Below, in pieces: positions 1 through 8,752 of a stretch of DNA of 64,000 nt (positions are counted from its first letter, which is position 1; each line of letters begins with the position of its first letter). The stretch comes from Flavobacteriales bacterium (GTDB taxonomy: Bacteria > Bacteroidota > Bacteroidia > Flavobacteriales_C > GCA-002722245). A model generated the notes under the pieces. The model ran no database searches. It had not been told where the DNA came from and saw only the letters and a list, made by a program, of their open reading frames with translations. The DNA is taken from positions 32,473 through 96,472 of the forward strand of contig JAYPYW010000004.1 in NCBI GenBank assembly GCA_038154685.1, read 5' to 3'. The position numbers were made by a program, and so were the translations under genes.

Positions 1-561
1 GTTAGCTGTTCTACTTGGTCCTAAACCTCTTGTAGCGATATCTAGTTGAAGTCCTGCAAAATCACTTTCCCAAATATTTAAACCTGGAACTTTAGCAAAT
101 AATTGACGCGCATTGTTGGTTGATTTATTTGCTGCGAAATCGTCCAGCACAATCACCTCATTTTTTTTGGATTCGTATATCACCGTTCCCTCAACCGATT
201 TTAATCTTGTAATTCCATTGGTTGATTTTTCTTTTACGATTTCTACAACTTTTAGGTCGTTTGATTCCTGTAAAAGTGAGAAGTTTATAACTGTATCTTT
301 TGTAATGTTTAAATTGAGGATTTCATGTTGCATACCAATTTTAACAACCTCAATACTATTTTTTCCTTTGTTGGTTTGGAAAGAGTAAGTTCCATCCTTC
401 TTAACATTTATTACTTGTTGAGAGGGTTGGATCATAATTAAGGCATCCTTAACGGGTTTTTGATCAAGTTTCGCCTTCACCGAACCACTAATGTTTACAT
501 TTTGAGCAAATCCCAAAACAGTAATAAAAACGAGTAATATGACAAGTTTAAATCTTTGCAT
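1..561 (-). CDS. TonB-dependent receptor, N-terminal part (signal peptide, carboxypeptidase-regulatory-like domain and plug); gene runs off the window start
   Basis: My translation of the minus strand from the ATG at 561 gives MQRFKLVILLVFITVLGFAQNVNISGSVKAKLDQKPV...ARQLFAKVPGLNIWESDFAGLQLDIATRGLGPSRTAN, a typical TBDR N-terminus. The ORF track omits it because it is incomplete. It overlaps the stop of the HTTM gene by 14 nt. Confidence 0.6.
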   Translation of the reverse strand, partial: MQRFKLVILLVFITVLGFAQNVNISGSVKAKLDQKPVKDALIMIQPSQQVINVKKDGTYSFQTNKGKNSIEVVKIGMQHEILNLNITKDTVINFSLLQESNDLKVVEIVKEKSTNGITRLKSVEGTVIYESKKNEVIVLDDFAANKSTNNARQLFAKVPGLNIWESDFAGLQLDIATRGLGPSRTAN

Positions 562-1927
562 TGCTGGCTTTAAATGGCAAAATCCAATCTTTTGATCGCC
601 AAGTGTCCTTTTTTTCTGTCAGATCCACACTAGGATCAATTAATAATTGTGCAGGTTTACCGTTAAGTGTTACCCATGCTTCTACTCTTACCTTAGGATC
701 TTTCATCCCTTTTTCCTTAAAATGCTCTTCCAAATAATGAGCAAATTGTAAGATTAAATCTGGCTGCATAGCCATTTGCTTTTCTTGATGCATGTTTAGG
801 AATTGATGGTTTATAACTGAACCCTCTCTTCCGTTTTCGCCATCCTTAACAAAGAAAGTTGCTGTTCCAGCTTTTTCCATTAACATCACTCTCCACCCAA
901 ATCGATATCCTTGCTCAGTCCAAAATAAATTCCCTGAATAAAGCATGAATCTCCATGGAAACAAGATTTGAAAAACGAAGAACAAAAATACGGCTGTTTT
1001 AAAGAACTTAGGTGTTTTGTAACTGTATAAATCAGTATTTTTTGAGCTCAACATGCCAAAACCGATCAACTTTCTTAACCCTACGATAATTTTTTGATGA
1101 AACTCGTCTGAAAAGAAGATTAAAACTCCAAACATCATTACGATTGGAAATACACCAATTTGAAATAAAATTCCTGTGATAGAATGGAAGAATACAACGC
1201 ACAGATAGGAAATTAGGCGCGTTTTTTTGTACATCAATCCAAAAATTATAAATGTATCAAATAACATCCCCGCCCAACTAAATAAGTAGGGAATGATATC
1301 ATATTCGAACATAAAACCGATGATAGGAAGTTCACTTTGGGCAGGAAGCCAAATTCTTAAAGGTAAGGCTTCTATTAGCCAAGCGTAATTCATTTTCGCA
1401 AGTCCTGCGTAAATATATACTATGGCAATTTGCCATTTGAAAACACCAATGCACCAACTTGGAATTTTATCGATTGATTGAGTGAGACCTAATTTTACAT
1501 CAAGGGAAAAATGTTTATTTGCGGGAACAAAAATTAGCATAAGTGCTACCAAACTTACAAAGTAATAGTGGTTGAGATAATAAGTGATGTCTATTAGCTC
1601 TATGTAAGTAAAACAAAGAAAGAAAACAATGGTTGATATCCTGTACACGAATCCAAGGGAAATGAAAATACTTGCGATCATCATTATTATGAATATCATA
1701 TACATTCCGGTTTCCGAAATCGGTTTTATCCAATCAAAACCATAATAACTGAAATGCAAAATCGGATCGGTCAATTGATTTTCCAACCAACCCATGTATA
1801 GGTACCTCGATGAACTAAAAAGCATTAATAGTCCAAAGGCTATTCTAAAAACAACTAATGGAGCAATCGAAGTAGATTGCTCCATTTTGTTAAAAACAGA
1901 TTGTATGTATTCTCCTATCGTTTTCAA
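548..1927 (-). CDS. HTTM-domain (vitamin K-dependent gamma-carboxylase-like) polytopic membrane protein
   Basis: 459-aa ORF with a hydrophobic multi-TM N-terminal half (FRIAFGLLMLFSSSRYLYMGWLEN...) and a soluble C-terminal half. It sits in the conserved Bacteroidetes neighbourhood TonB receptor/HTTM/imelysin/DUF4856. Confidence 0.55.
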   Translation of the reverse strand: MKTIGEYIQSVFNKMEQSTSIAPLVVFRIAFGLLMLFSSSRYLYMGWLENQLTDPILHFSYYGFDWIKPISETGMYMIFIIMMIASIFISLGFVYRISTIVFFLCFTYIELIDITYYLNHYYFVSLVALMLIFVPANKHFSLDVKLGLTQSIDKIPSWCIGVFKWQIAIVYIYAGLAKMNYAWLIEALPLRIWLPAQSELPIIGFMFEYDIIPYLFSWAGMLFDTFIIFGLMYKKTRLISYLCVVFFHSITGILFQIGVFPIVMMFGVLIFFSDEFHQKIIVGLRKLIGFGMLSSKNTDLYSYKTPKFFKTAVFLFFVFQILFPWRFMLYSGNLFWTEQGYRFGWRVMLMEKAGTATFFVKDGENGREGSVINHQFLNMHQEKQMAMQPDLILQFAHYLEEHFKEKGMKDPKVRVEAWVTLNGKPAQLLIDPSVDLTEKKDTWRSKDWILPFKASNAKI

Positions 1928-1936
1928 AGGTTATTT

Positions 1937-3067
1937 TTAATCACCGTCTCCTGAACTATAAGTAATACTAATTCCTAAAATTGAACTTAATGAACTTTTA
2001 AAATTCGCGGTGTTGTCTTGTAATTTGTCCCTTAATGTTTCAATCGCAGGATCAGCAATGTTATCAGATAATTTACCCGCTGGAAGAGCATTAATTAAAT
2101 CTTCGATTTGAGTGATTGTAGTGTTTGTTTGGGTAGCTAATTCCGGTCCACCAACTAACACAGCTAAGTACTCTTCAAATCCTTGAATATTTGTGCCATC
2201 TTTTGATGTACCACTCCAAATATTAGTACAACTTTTAAAATGCTCAACAATTAAATCTCTTGAAATCCCGCTATAATAAGCTTCAACCAATGTTGGGTCT
2301 GGAGTTTCAAACCCAGCAGTTAACCCAGCAGGAAGTTCCAGTTTAAAGTTTTTCAAGTTTTCATAATCCTTTACAAAATCATTGTAGTAAAGAGACAATG
2401 AACTACCAGCAGATGTACCTGTACTTGCAATAAAATCAGCTCTGTAAGAACCATTCCATTCGGCTACTATGTTGTCGAAAGTAGATTTAAGTTCATTAAC
2501 GATTAAAAGTAAGTAAGCCTTTCTGTCTGCATCAAAAGATGAAACTATATCGGCATCACTTAATCCTTCTCGGTAAATTAAATATTCTATAGCATAAAAG
2601 CCTCTGATGTCTTTACTGAAGCTATTTGGAAGGTCAAAGCTATCATCAACAATATTTGCTTCTACTGCAGATTCGTTAACTGGAAAAACTCCCAATACGG
2701 AAGCATAAGGCCCTAATAACAATTTTCCCGGACCAAAACCAAATGCAGAACAATGCTGATGTGCCATAGCAGCATCAACCCATGCTTCTCTAGTTGCAAT
2801 TAGATTCGCCTCATTAGAGGTAGTATTAAATGTTTCGATAGCCGTTTTTAAATCATTTACCTCTGTTTGAAGGGTTTCAAAGTTTGGGATAATTAATAGG
2901 TCAGCCACGTCAGTTAACATTGCAGCCCTATCAAAATTATCAGAGTTATCGTCGTCTTTTTTGTTGGATTTGTTGTTACAAGATGAAAGGGTAAATCCAA
3001 CAATAAGGACAGTTAAAAACAAGGCTTTTAAATTCTTTGTTTTTCCCAATAGAGTGTTGAAATTCAT
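1937..3067 (-). CDS. imelysin-like (peptidase M75 family) lipoprotein
   Basis: Lipoprotein signal (…FTLSSCNNK) and a HQHCSAFGFGPG-type segment. It lies between the HTTM and DUF4856-like genes as in the conserved cluster. The family is assigned from memory. Confidence 0.45.
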   Translation of the reverse strand: MNFNTLLGKTKNLKALFLTVLIVGFTLSSCNNKSNKKDDDNSDNFDRAAMLTDVADLLIIPNFETLQTEVNDLKTAIETFNTTSNEANLIATREAWVDAAMAHQHCSAFGFGPGKLLLGPYASVLGVFPVNESAVEANIVDDSFDLPNSFSKDIRGFYAIEYLIYREGLSDADIVSSFDADRKAYLLLIVNELKSTFDNIVAEWNGSYRADFIASTGTSAGSSLSLYYNDFVKDYENLKNFKLELPAGLTAGFETPDPTLVEAYYSGISRDLIVEHFKSCTNIWSGTSKDGTNIQGFEEYLAVLVGGPELATQTNTTITQIEDLINALPAGKLSDNIADPAIETLRDKLQDNTANFKSSLSSILGISITYSSGDGD

Positions 3068-3084
3068 AGCTTATGAAATTGGAA

Positions 3085-3116
3085 AACCCCGTGAAAATCA
3101 CGGGGTGATTTTTTTA
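3085..3116. terminator. bidirectional rho-independent terminator hairpin
   Basis: ccccgtga-aaa-tcacgggg stem (3087-3105) followed by a T-run on the + strand and flanked by an A-run. It lies between the 3' ends of the DUF4856-like and imelysin-like genes. Confidence 0.6.
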
Positions 3117-3124
3117 AATTAATC

Positions 3125-4240
3125 TTAGTTACTTACGTAGAAAGAAGTTACCTCTGCACTTGTAAATCCGTAGATAGTTTTAATCTTATCTTCTATTGAA
3201 TTCAAATTAGCGATTAAAGATGCTTCATTTAGGAATTTGTAGCTCTCTGGAGTTTCACCTGCTTCTGCTAAGAATAATGCTAAAATTTCATCAATTTGAG
3301 TATCTGTAATTATTTTGTTACTTACTCCTCTGAATCCCATTGTAAAACCAACACCTTCAGAATAAGCATGTAAAGCGTCACCTAGTTTTTCATCCTTTTC
3401 AACTCCAGATAAAGAAGCTGCTTCAGTTAACATGGTTCTTGTTCCATTACAGTAGTTAATAACTGTAGCGAAGTTTGATTTTTCCCAAGCAATTAAGTAT
3501 GCTTCAACAGCTTCATCGCGCTCAGTGCTGTATGCGTCTCCAGCTTCAATAGCTGCTTTTGCCTTTAAACAAGCATTTTTAACATCGTAAAAGAACCCTG
3601 TTTTGTTGGTGTTATCTGATCTTCTTTTTGCATATTTTGCAGCAAAACCTGCATCATCAGCTGAGAAACTCGCGTCAGTACCAAAAATTTCAACTAACCT
3701 GTCGATAGCATCACTAGTTGATAAGCTTCCACCAATAATAGCTGTAGCATGGTTGTATAAGGCGGCCCCATAGCTTCCTTTATCTAACATTTGCTCAAGC
3801 TCTAAACCATTTTCGTCCAATAATCTGGTTCCTAAAATTCCTCCTTCTTCATCCACAGCCGGTGATCCTGACCCAGGGTTTTGGAAAGCATTATCATCGT
3901 TAACTGCTTTAACTATTTCATCAATCCATCCATTAACATATGTTTTGTAGGTTGGAACAGTAACAAAAGTTAAGTTCGGACCATAAGGAAGGTCAGCAGA
4001 TGTAATAGTATGACTAGGGTCAGCAACTAATGCTCCTTCTGCTGTATTAGCACCACCTGTCAATGCACTTAAATCCGCAAGAACAGCTAATTCACCAGTC
4101 GTGTTTGCTTCATAATTCGCAGAAACATATTCGGTTGGGATAACCAATCCTGTTTCTTCAGTTTCTTCTTCTTTCTCCTCTTTTTTACAACCCACGAAAA
4201 TTAATCCTAGTGCTGCGATATATAGCCAATTTTTATTCAT
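3125..4240 (-). CDS. DUF4856-like lipoprotein, the usual companion of imelysin/HTTM
   Basis: Lipoprotein signal (LIFVGCKKEE). Its size and position in the cluster support the call. No catalytic motif was recognised. Confidence 0.4.
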   Translation of the reverse strand: MNKNWLYIAALGLIFVGCKKEEKEEETEETGLVIPTEYVSANYEANTTGELAVLADLSALTGGANTAEGALVADPSHTITSADLPYGPNLTFVTVPTYKTYVNGWIDEIVKAVNDDNAFQNPGSGSPAVDEEGGILGTRLLDENGLELEQMLDKGSYGAALYNHATAIIGGSLSTSDAIDRLVEIFGTDASFSADDAGFAAKYAKRRSDNTNKTGFFYDVKNACLKAKAAIEAGDAYSTERDEAVEAYLIAWEKSNFATVINYCNGTRTMLTEAASLSGVEKDEKLGDALHAYSEGVGFTMGFRGVSNKIITDTQIDEILALFLAEAGETPESYKFLNEASLIANLNSIEDKIKTIYGFTSAEVTSFYVSN

Positions 4241-4453
4241 GATAAACAGTTTTGTTTTAATGTGATTGCAAAGCTATGTTGTTTCCTAAATCCTGAAATA
4301 CCCTTTTTGTGGTATTATAACATTTTTCGACTCCAAAACCCTTTATATATAAGGGTTTGTTTATGATTTCCATATTCAAAAACTTATCGATTTTAGGACT
4401 AAAAAATGGAATAAAAGTATGCATCTAAAGAACCTTTCCGTAGCTTTGTTTTA

Positions 4454-5491
4454 ATGAAGGCCAGAATTAAAGATCAGCTTAACCTTACTTCTAAACTAAC
4501 ACCTACCAAATTGGTGAATAGTTTTAAGTTGTTAGCTAGTTTTTATTGGTCGAGAATCACAAAAAAACCAGTTCAATGGGGGTATCCTGCAAGCATATCG
4601 TTTGAACCTACTACTTCTTGTAATTTAAGATGTCCTGAATGCCCAAGCGGTTTACGTGCTTTTACCCGTCCAACTGGGATGTTGGAAAACAAGTTTTTTA
4701 AGGATTCAATTTTACAGCTTAAAAAGCAATTACATTATTTAACTTTTTATTTCCAGGGAGAACCTTATTTAAATCCAGCGTTTTTGGACATGGTGAAGTT
4801 CGCTCACGATAATAAAATCTATACGGCTACTTCAACCAATGCTCACTACCTGAAGCCAGAAATGGCTAGGAAAACGATTGAATCCGGTTTGGACCGGTTA
4901 ATTATTTCCATTGATGGTACAACTCAAGATACATATGAATCCTATAGAGTAGGAGGTAAGTTAGATAAGGTAATTGAAGGAGCTAAAAATATTATTGCTG
5001 CGAAAAAGGAAATGAATTCTTCCAAGCCTTTTGTAATATTCCAGTTCTTGGTTGTTAAGCCCAATGAGCATCAAATTGATGATGTATTGAAGTTGGGAAA
5101 GGAGATTGGTGTAGATGAAGTAAGATTAAAAACAGCTCAGGTTTACGATTATAAAAATGGAAACGAGTTAATTCCTTCCATCGATAAATATTCTCGCTAT
5201 TATCAAAAGAAAGACGGTACTTGGGGAGTTAAAAATCGAATGATTAACGCTTGTTGGAGAATGTGGCAAGGATGTGTTATTACCTGGAATGGAGGGATTG
5301 TTCCTTGTTGTTTCGATAAAGATGCTACTCACCAATTAGGGCAATTAGCTGAACAGGACTTTAAATCAATTTGGAAGGGTCAAAAGTACAAAGGTTTCCG
5401 TCAGGCAATTTTAAAATCTCGTTCAGAAATCGATATCTGTAAAAACTGTACAGAAGGAACCAAAGTTTGGGGAGAGAAGAGTGCTACCTAA
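4454..5491 (+). CDS. radical SAM enzyme with a C-terminal SPASM-like Cys-rich domain
   Basis: CxxxCxxC motif (SCNLRCPECPSG) followed by FQGEPYL. The C-terminus has cysteine clusters (CWRMWQGC...VPCCFDKD...CKNCTEG). Confidence 0.75.
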   Translation: MKARIKDQLNLTSKLTPTKLVNSFKLLASFYWSRITKKPVQWGYPASISFEPTTSCNLRCPECPSGLRAFTRPTGMLENKFFKDSILQLKKQLHYLTFYFQGEPYLNPAFLDMVKFAHDNKIYTATSTNAHYLKPEMARKTIESGLDRLIISIDGTTQDTYESYRVGGKLDKVIEGAKNIIAAKKEMNSSKPFVIFQFLVVKPNEHQIDDVLKLGKEIGVDEVRLKTAQVYDYKNGNELIPSIDKYSRYYQKKDGTWGVKNRMINACWRMWQGCVITWNGGIVPCCFDKDATHQLGQLAEQDFKSIWKGQKYKGFRQAILKSRSEIDICKNCTEGTKVWGEKSAT

Positions 5492-5589
5492 AGAGGTTTT
5501 AGATATTAGGTTTAAGGTTTCAGGAAGTAAATAAACTGGTTTCTCAATTCTGATTTCTGACTCCTGAAAATTATTCATAATTTCCCGCA

Positions 5590-5931
5590 ATGGCTTTCAA
5601 TGAATATTTAGCGGATAGGGTTCGTCAAAGAATGTCTTCTTTGGATGATGTTTTTGAGAAAAAAATGATGGGTGGTTTAATCTTTATGGTTAATGAAAAG
5701 ATGTGCGTGGGAGTCGATATTGATAAAAAGACCAATGAAGATCGGTTAATGGTTAGAGTAGGTAAATTAGCTTATGAGGATCTTCTTGGAAAAAATGGAA
5801 GCAGATTAATGGATTTTACAGGGAAGCCTATGAGAGGTTTTCTGTTTATTTCTCCTGATGGTTTTGATGCTGAGGAAGATTTAGATTTCTGGATTGAAAA
5901 GGCTTTAGAATTTAATCAACTAATAAAGTAG
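5590..5931 (+). CDS. TfoX N-terminal-domain protein
   Basis: 113 aa carrying the MMGGLIFMVN motif typical of TfoX_N. Confidence 0.5.
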   Translation: MAFNEYLADRVRQRMSSLDDVFEKKMMGGLIFMVNEKMCVGVDIDKKTNEDRLMVRVGKLAYEDLLGKNGSRLMDFTGKPMRGFLFISPDGFDAEEDLDFWIEKALEFNQLIK

Positions 5932-5983
5932 AAAAATGTTTTTTTGGTATGAATTTTGATTTTAGTTGGAAAACTAAAACAGG

Positions 5984-6610
5984 ATGAAAATTACAATTAA
6001 ACTGATGCTCATTTTCTTGATGAGTATGTCTTCAATGGCCCAAAATTATTTAGAGCCACCATTACTCACTTTTACTCAAACTCAAACTGTGAGTGTTAAA
6101 CCAAATACTGCAGTTATAAGAATAGAGTTAAGAAAGAGTTTTGAGCAAGTTGGTAATACTCGATTGCTTGATTTTTTTACAGAGTTAGAAATTAATAATC
6201 GCCTTTTGGGAATTGAAAAAAGAAGTGTTGAGTTGTTTCCAACTTTTGCTGATTCTGCTGGATATGTTAAGAGAGCAGTTATTTCTGTAAATGATTTATC
6301 TAAAATTGAGCCTTATTTATTATTGCTTAAACAAAGAAATGTTCATGTTACCTCTACTCAGTTTTTATACTCAAACCTAAATCAGCTAAAACAACAAGCA
6401 TATTTGGAAGGGATTAAAGTTGCTAAAATTAGGGCTCAGGAATTATCATCAGCCTTAAGTGCCGTATTGGGTAAGGTTTATTCAATTAAGGAATCGAAGT
6501 TCGAAATAGATAATTACGCCAATAATACTATTCAGCAAAGTGATTATTTGAGTTCGCCTTTGGAATTGAATATTGTATTGGAATTGGAGGATTCTTATTT
6601 GTTGAATTAA
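5984..6610 (+). CDS. secreted SIMPL/DUF541-like protein
   Basis: Signal peptide, then a C-terminal LEGIKVAKIRAQELSSALSAVLGKVYSIKE segment resembling the SIMPL signature. Tentative. Confidence 0.35.
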   Translation: MKITIKLMLIFLMSMSSMAQNYLEPPLLTFTQTQTVSVKPNTAVIRIELRKSFEQVGNTRLLDFFTELEINNRLLGIEKRSVELFPTFADSAGYVKRAVISVNDLSKIEPYLLLLKQRNVHVTSTQFLYSNLNQLKQQAYLEGIKVAKIRAQELSSALSAVLGKVYSIKESKFEIDNYANNTIQQSDYLSSPLELNIVLELEDSYLLN

Positions 6611-6645
6611 ACTTTAGCGTTTTAACCCCCTCAGTTCTGCGGGGG

Positions 6646-7298
6646 TTAAATCAAATCAATCAATCCTAATTCACCAGTGGACTTTGGAGTAACATAATCA
6701 GAAATACCCAAATCTTCTAATTGATTTCCAGTAGTAGGGCCCATTGAAATTACTTTTTGATTCTTGTTGATGTTAAATTTCGAAAAGTAAGCTCGTGCGT
6801 TTGAAGGGCTAGTGAAAATGAGTGTATCAGCTTTGGGGTTTTCGAAATCTGATTTTTCAGATGTGTTGTAAACTACTAAATCAAAAACTTTTGATTGATC
6901 TGTGAAATATTGTTGGATGGTTCTTTTGGAGATATTGGAAACTGGAAATAAGCACGTACCTCCATTTACAGCAGCTTCGAATTGTTTTCCAACCTCATGC
7001 ACATTTACGGCATCTCCAACAAAATCAATTTCGTGTACATGTTTAGCTAATTCTTTGTAGGTGCCTTTTCCAACGCAAGCTACCTCTCGGTTACCTAAAT
7101 TGAGCTTCTGTTTAAAGAAAAACCTTACTGAGTTTTTACTAGTGAAAAATATCCAATCAGTGTCAGGAATATTGTTTACTTCATTAGCCTCAAAACCAAT
7201 TAAGGATTCAGCAATAATTTCATATTCAGGTAAAATAAAACCTGATAGGAATAGACTATTTCTGTCGAGGTTTTTAGAAATAAAGACTCTTTTAGTTG
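6646..7298 (-). CDS. hemD: uroporphyrinogen-III synthase (HemD); no start codon identifiable
   Basis: The open frame from 7314 to 6646 translates IKKKVATKRVFISKNLDRNSLFLSGFILPEYEIIAESLIGFEANEVNNIPDTDWIFFTSKNSVRFFF...ISMGPTTGNQLEDLGI. The VxISR...DWxxFTSxNAV pattern identifies HemD. The track's 118-aa ORF is only its C-terminal part. There is no ATG/GTG/TTG between the upstream TGA and the conserved N-terminus. The frame is offset by one nt from hemC across an A9 run. Confidence 0.6.
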
Positions 7299-8189
7299 CT
7301 ACTTTTTTTTTAATTCAGCTACAATTGAATCTGCAGCACCTTCTTCAGAATTAAAAGTAGATTGCAATCTTTTTAAAGATCCGTCTTCCTGACCAAGAGC
7401 AGTCCAAACTTCGTATTTCCCGTCAATTTTTTCAGCATAAACACCAAGTGGTAACTGGCAACCTCCGTTTAATTTATTTAAAACGCCTCTTTCGATATTG
7501 ATGATAGATTTAACTTCTGCGTTATTCATTTGGGAGACAAACTTTCTAGTTTGTTCATCGTTTGCGCGGATTTGTAACCCTAAAACACCTTGTGCCGGCG
7601 CTGGGATAAAATCTTGTGGCTTTAAAACTTCAACTTGAAATTCGGAAAGTTCAATTTCTAATCTTGATACTCCAGCGTTGGCTAAAACAATGGCATCATA
7701 ATTACCTTGTCTTAGTTTATCAATTCTAGTAGGTACATTACCCCTTAAGTCCTTGATTTCAATATCAGAGCGGAAAGTATTTAATAAAGCCTTTCTTCTT
7801 GCCGAAGAAGTTCCAACAATAGCTCCTTCTTTTAAAGCTAATTGTTTTGATGGATCGTAAGCATCTTTTTGAATAAGTAATATGTCCGAAGGATTTTCTC
7901 TATCAGATACAGCTACAATTTCCAACCCTTCAGGTTGATTAGTTTCTAAATCTTTATGCGAGTGAACGGCCAAATCAACTGATTCATTTAAAAGAGCCTC
8001 TTCAATTTCTTTGGTAAAGAATCCTTTACCTTCAAGCTTATCGAAACTTAGGTGTTGGATTTTATCTCCTTGGGTTTTGATAATGTTGATTTCAACCTCA
8101 CAACCCATTTTTTCCAATTCACCTTTAACAAAATTAGCCTGCCATAATGCAAGGTCACTTCCTCTTGTTCCGATTTTTATCAATGCCAT
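7299..8189 (-). CDS. hemC: porphobilinogen deaminase (hydroxymethylbilane synthase)
   Basis: MALIKIGTRGSDLALWQAN N-terminus and full-length similarity to HemC. Confidence 0.9.
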   Translation of the reverse strand: MALIKIGTRGSDLALWQANFVKGELEKMGCEVEINIIKTQGDKIQHLSFDKLEGKGFFTKEIEEALLNESVDLAVHSHKDLETNQPEGLEIVAVSDRENPSDILLIQKDAYDPSKQLALKEGAIVGTSSARRKALLNTFRSDIEIKDLRGNVPTRIDKLRQGNYDAIVLANAGVSRLEIELSEFQVEVLKPQDFIPAPAQGVLGLQIRANDEQTRKFVSQMNNAEVKSIINIERGVLNKLNGGCQLPLGVYAEKIDGKYEVWTALGQEDGSLKRLQSTFNSEEGAADSIVAELKKK

Positions 8190-8302
8190 ACGGTAAAGTT
8201 AATAAATCGAACATTGAACCAGTAATGAAATGAAACAATAAAGCGAAATATTTAAGCATGGGATTTAAATTGTTTTTATCTTTATGACGAACAGTTATTG
8301 GC

Positions 8303-8752
8303 ATGAAAAGAGCATTAAACAGAGTTTTATTTTTTGGAGCGTTAATTAGCTTATTCGCTTTTGCCCCAACTACAGATAAAGTTTACGTAGGAGTAACGGT
8401 TAAGAAAACTATTAGCCAGGTGAAGGAGAACCTTTTTGAATTATCAATTGTAGTTGAGAATGGAGATAAAATTAATGGAATCGCCAAGTACGAAGCTAAA
8501 CTTCCATTAACTGCTGATTTCGTTAAAGAGGTAAGTAGAGACAAATCTGTTAATTTCAAGATTGAAGGAAGAAAAGTAAAAATGATCTGGATGCATTTAC
8601 AGAAAAATGAATCTTATGAGGCTGTTTTTCAGTTCAGATCTAAATTGAATATCAATAAATTAAGAATGACGGGTAAATTAATGGGACATGAAAATGGAGT
8701 AAAGGTTATGTTTCCTGATAATAGCTCTCTGAATGTTGTTAATGCTGAATAA
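8303..8752 (+). CDS. hypothetical secreted protein
   Basis: Signal-peptide-like N-terminus and no recognisable domain. Its 3' end overlaps the aldehyde dehydrogenase gene convergently by 14 nt. Confidence 0.35.
   Translation: MKRALNRVLFFGALISLFAFAPTTDKVYVGVTVKKTISQVKENLFELSIVVENGDKINGIAKYEAKLPLTADFVKEVSRDKSVNFKIEGRKVKMIWMHLQKNESYEAVFQFRSKLNINKLRMTGKLMGHENGVKVMFPDNSSLNVVNAE

Noticed and set aside
113-388. 91-aa plus-strand ORF at the window start
   Set aside because: It is antisense to the TonB-dependent receptor coding sequence.
7061-7354. 97-aa plus-strand ORF
   Set aside because: It lies antisense to the hemD coding region and the hemC 3' end and has no protein features. It is an artefact of the opposite-strand gene.
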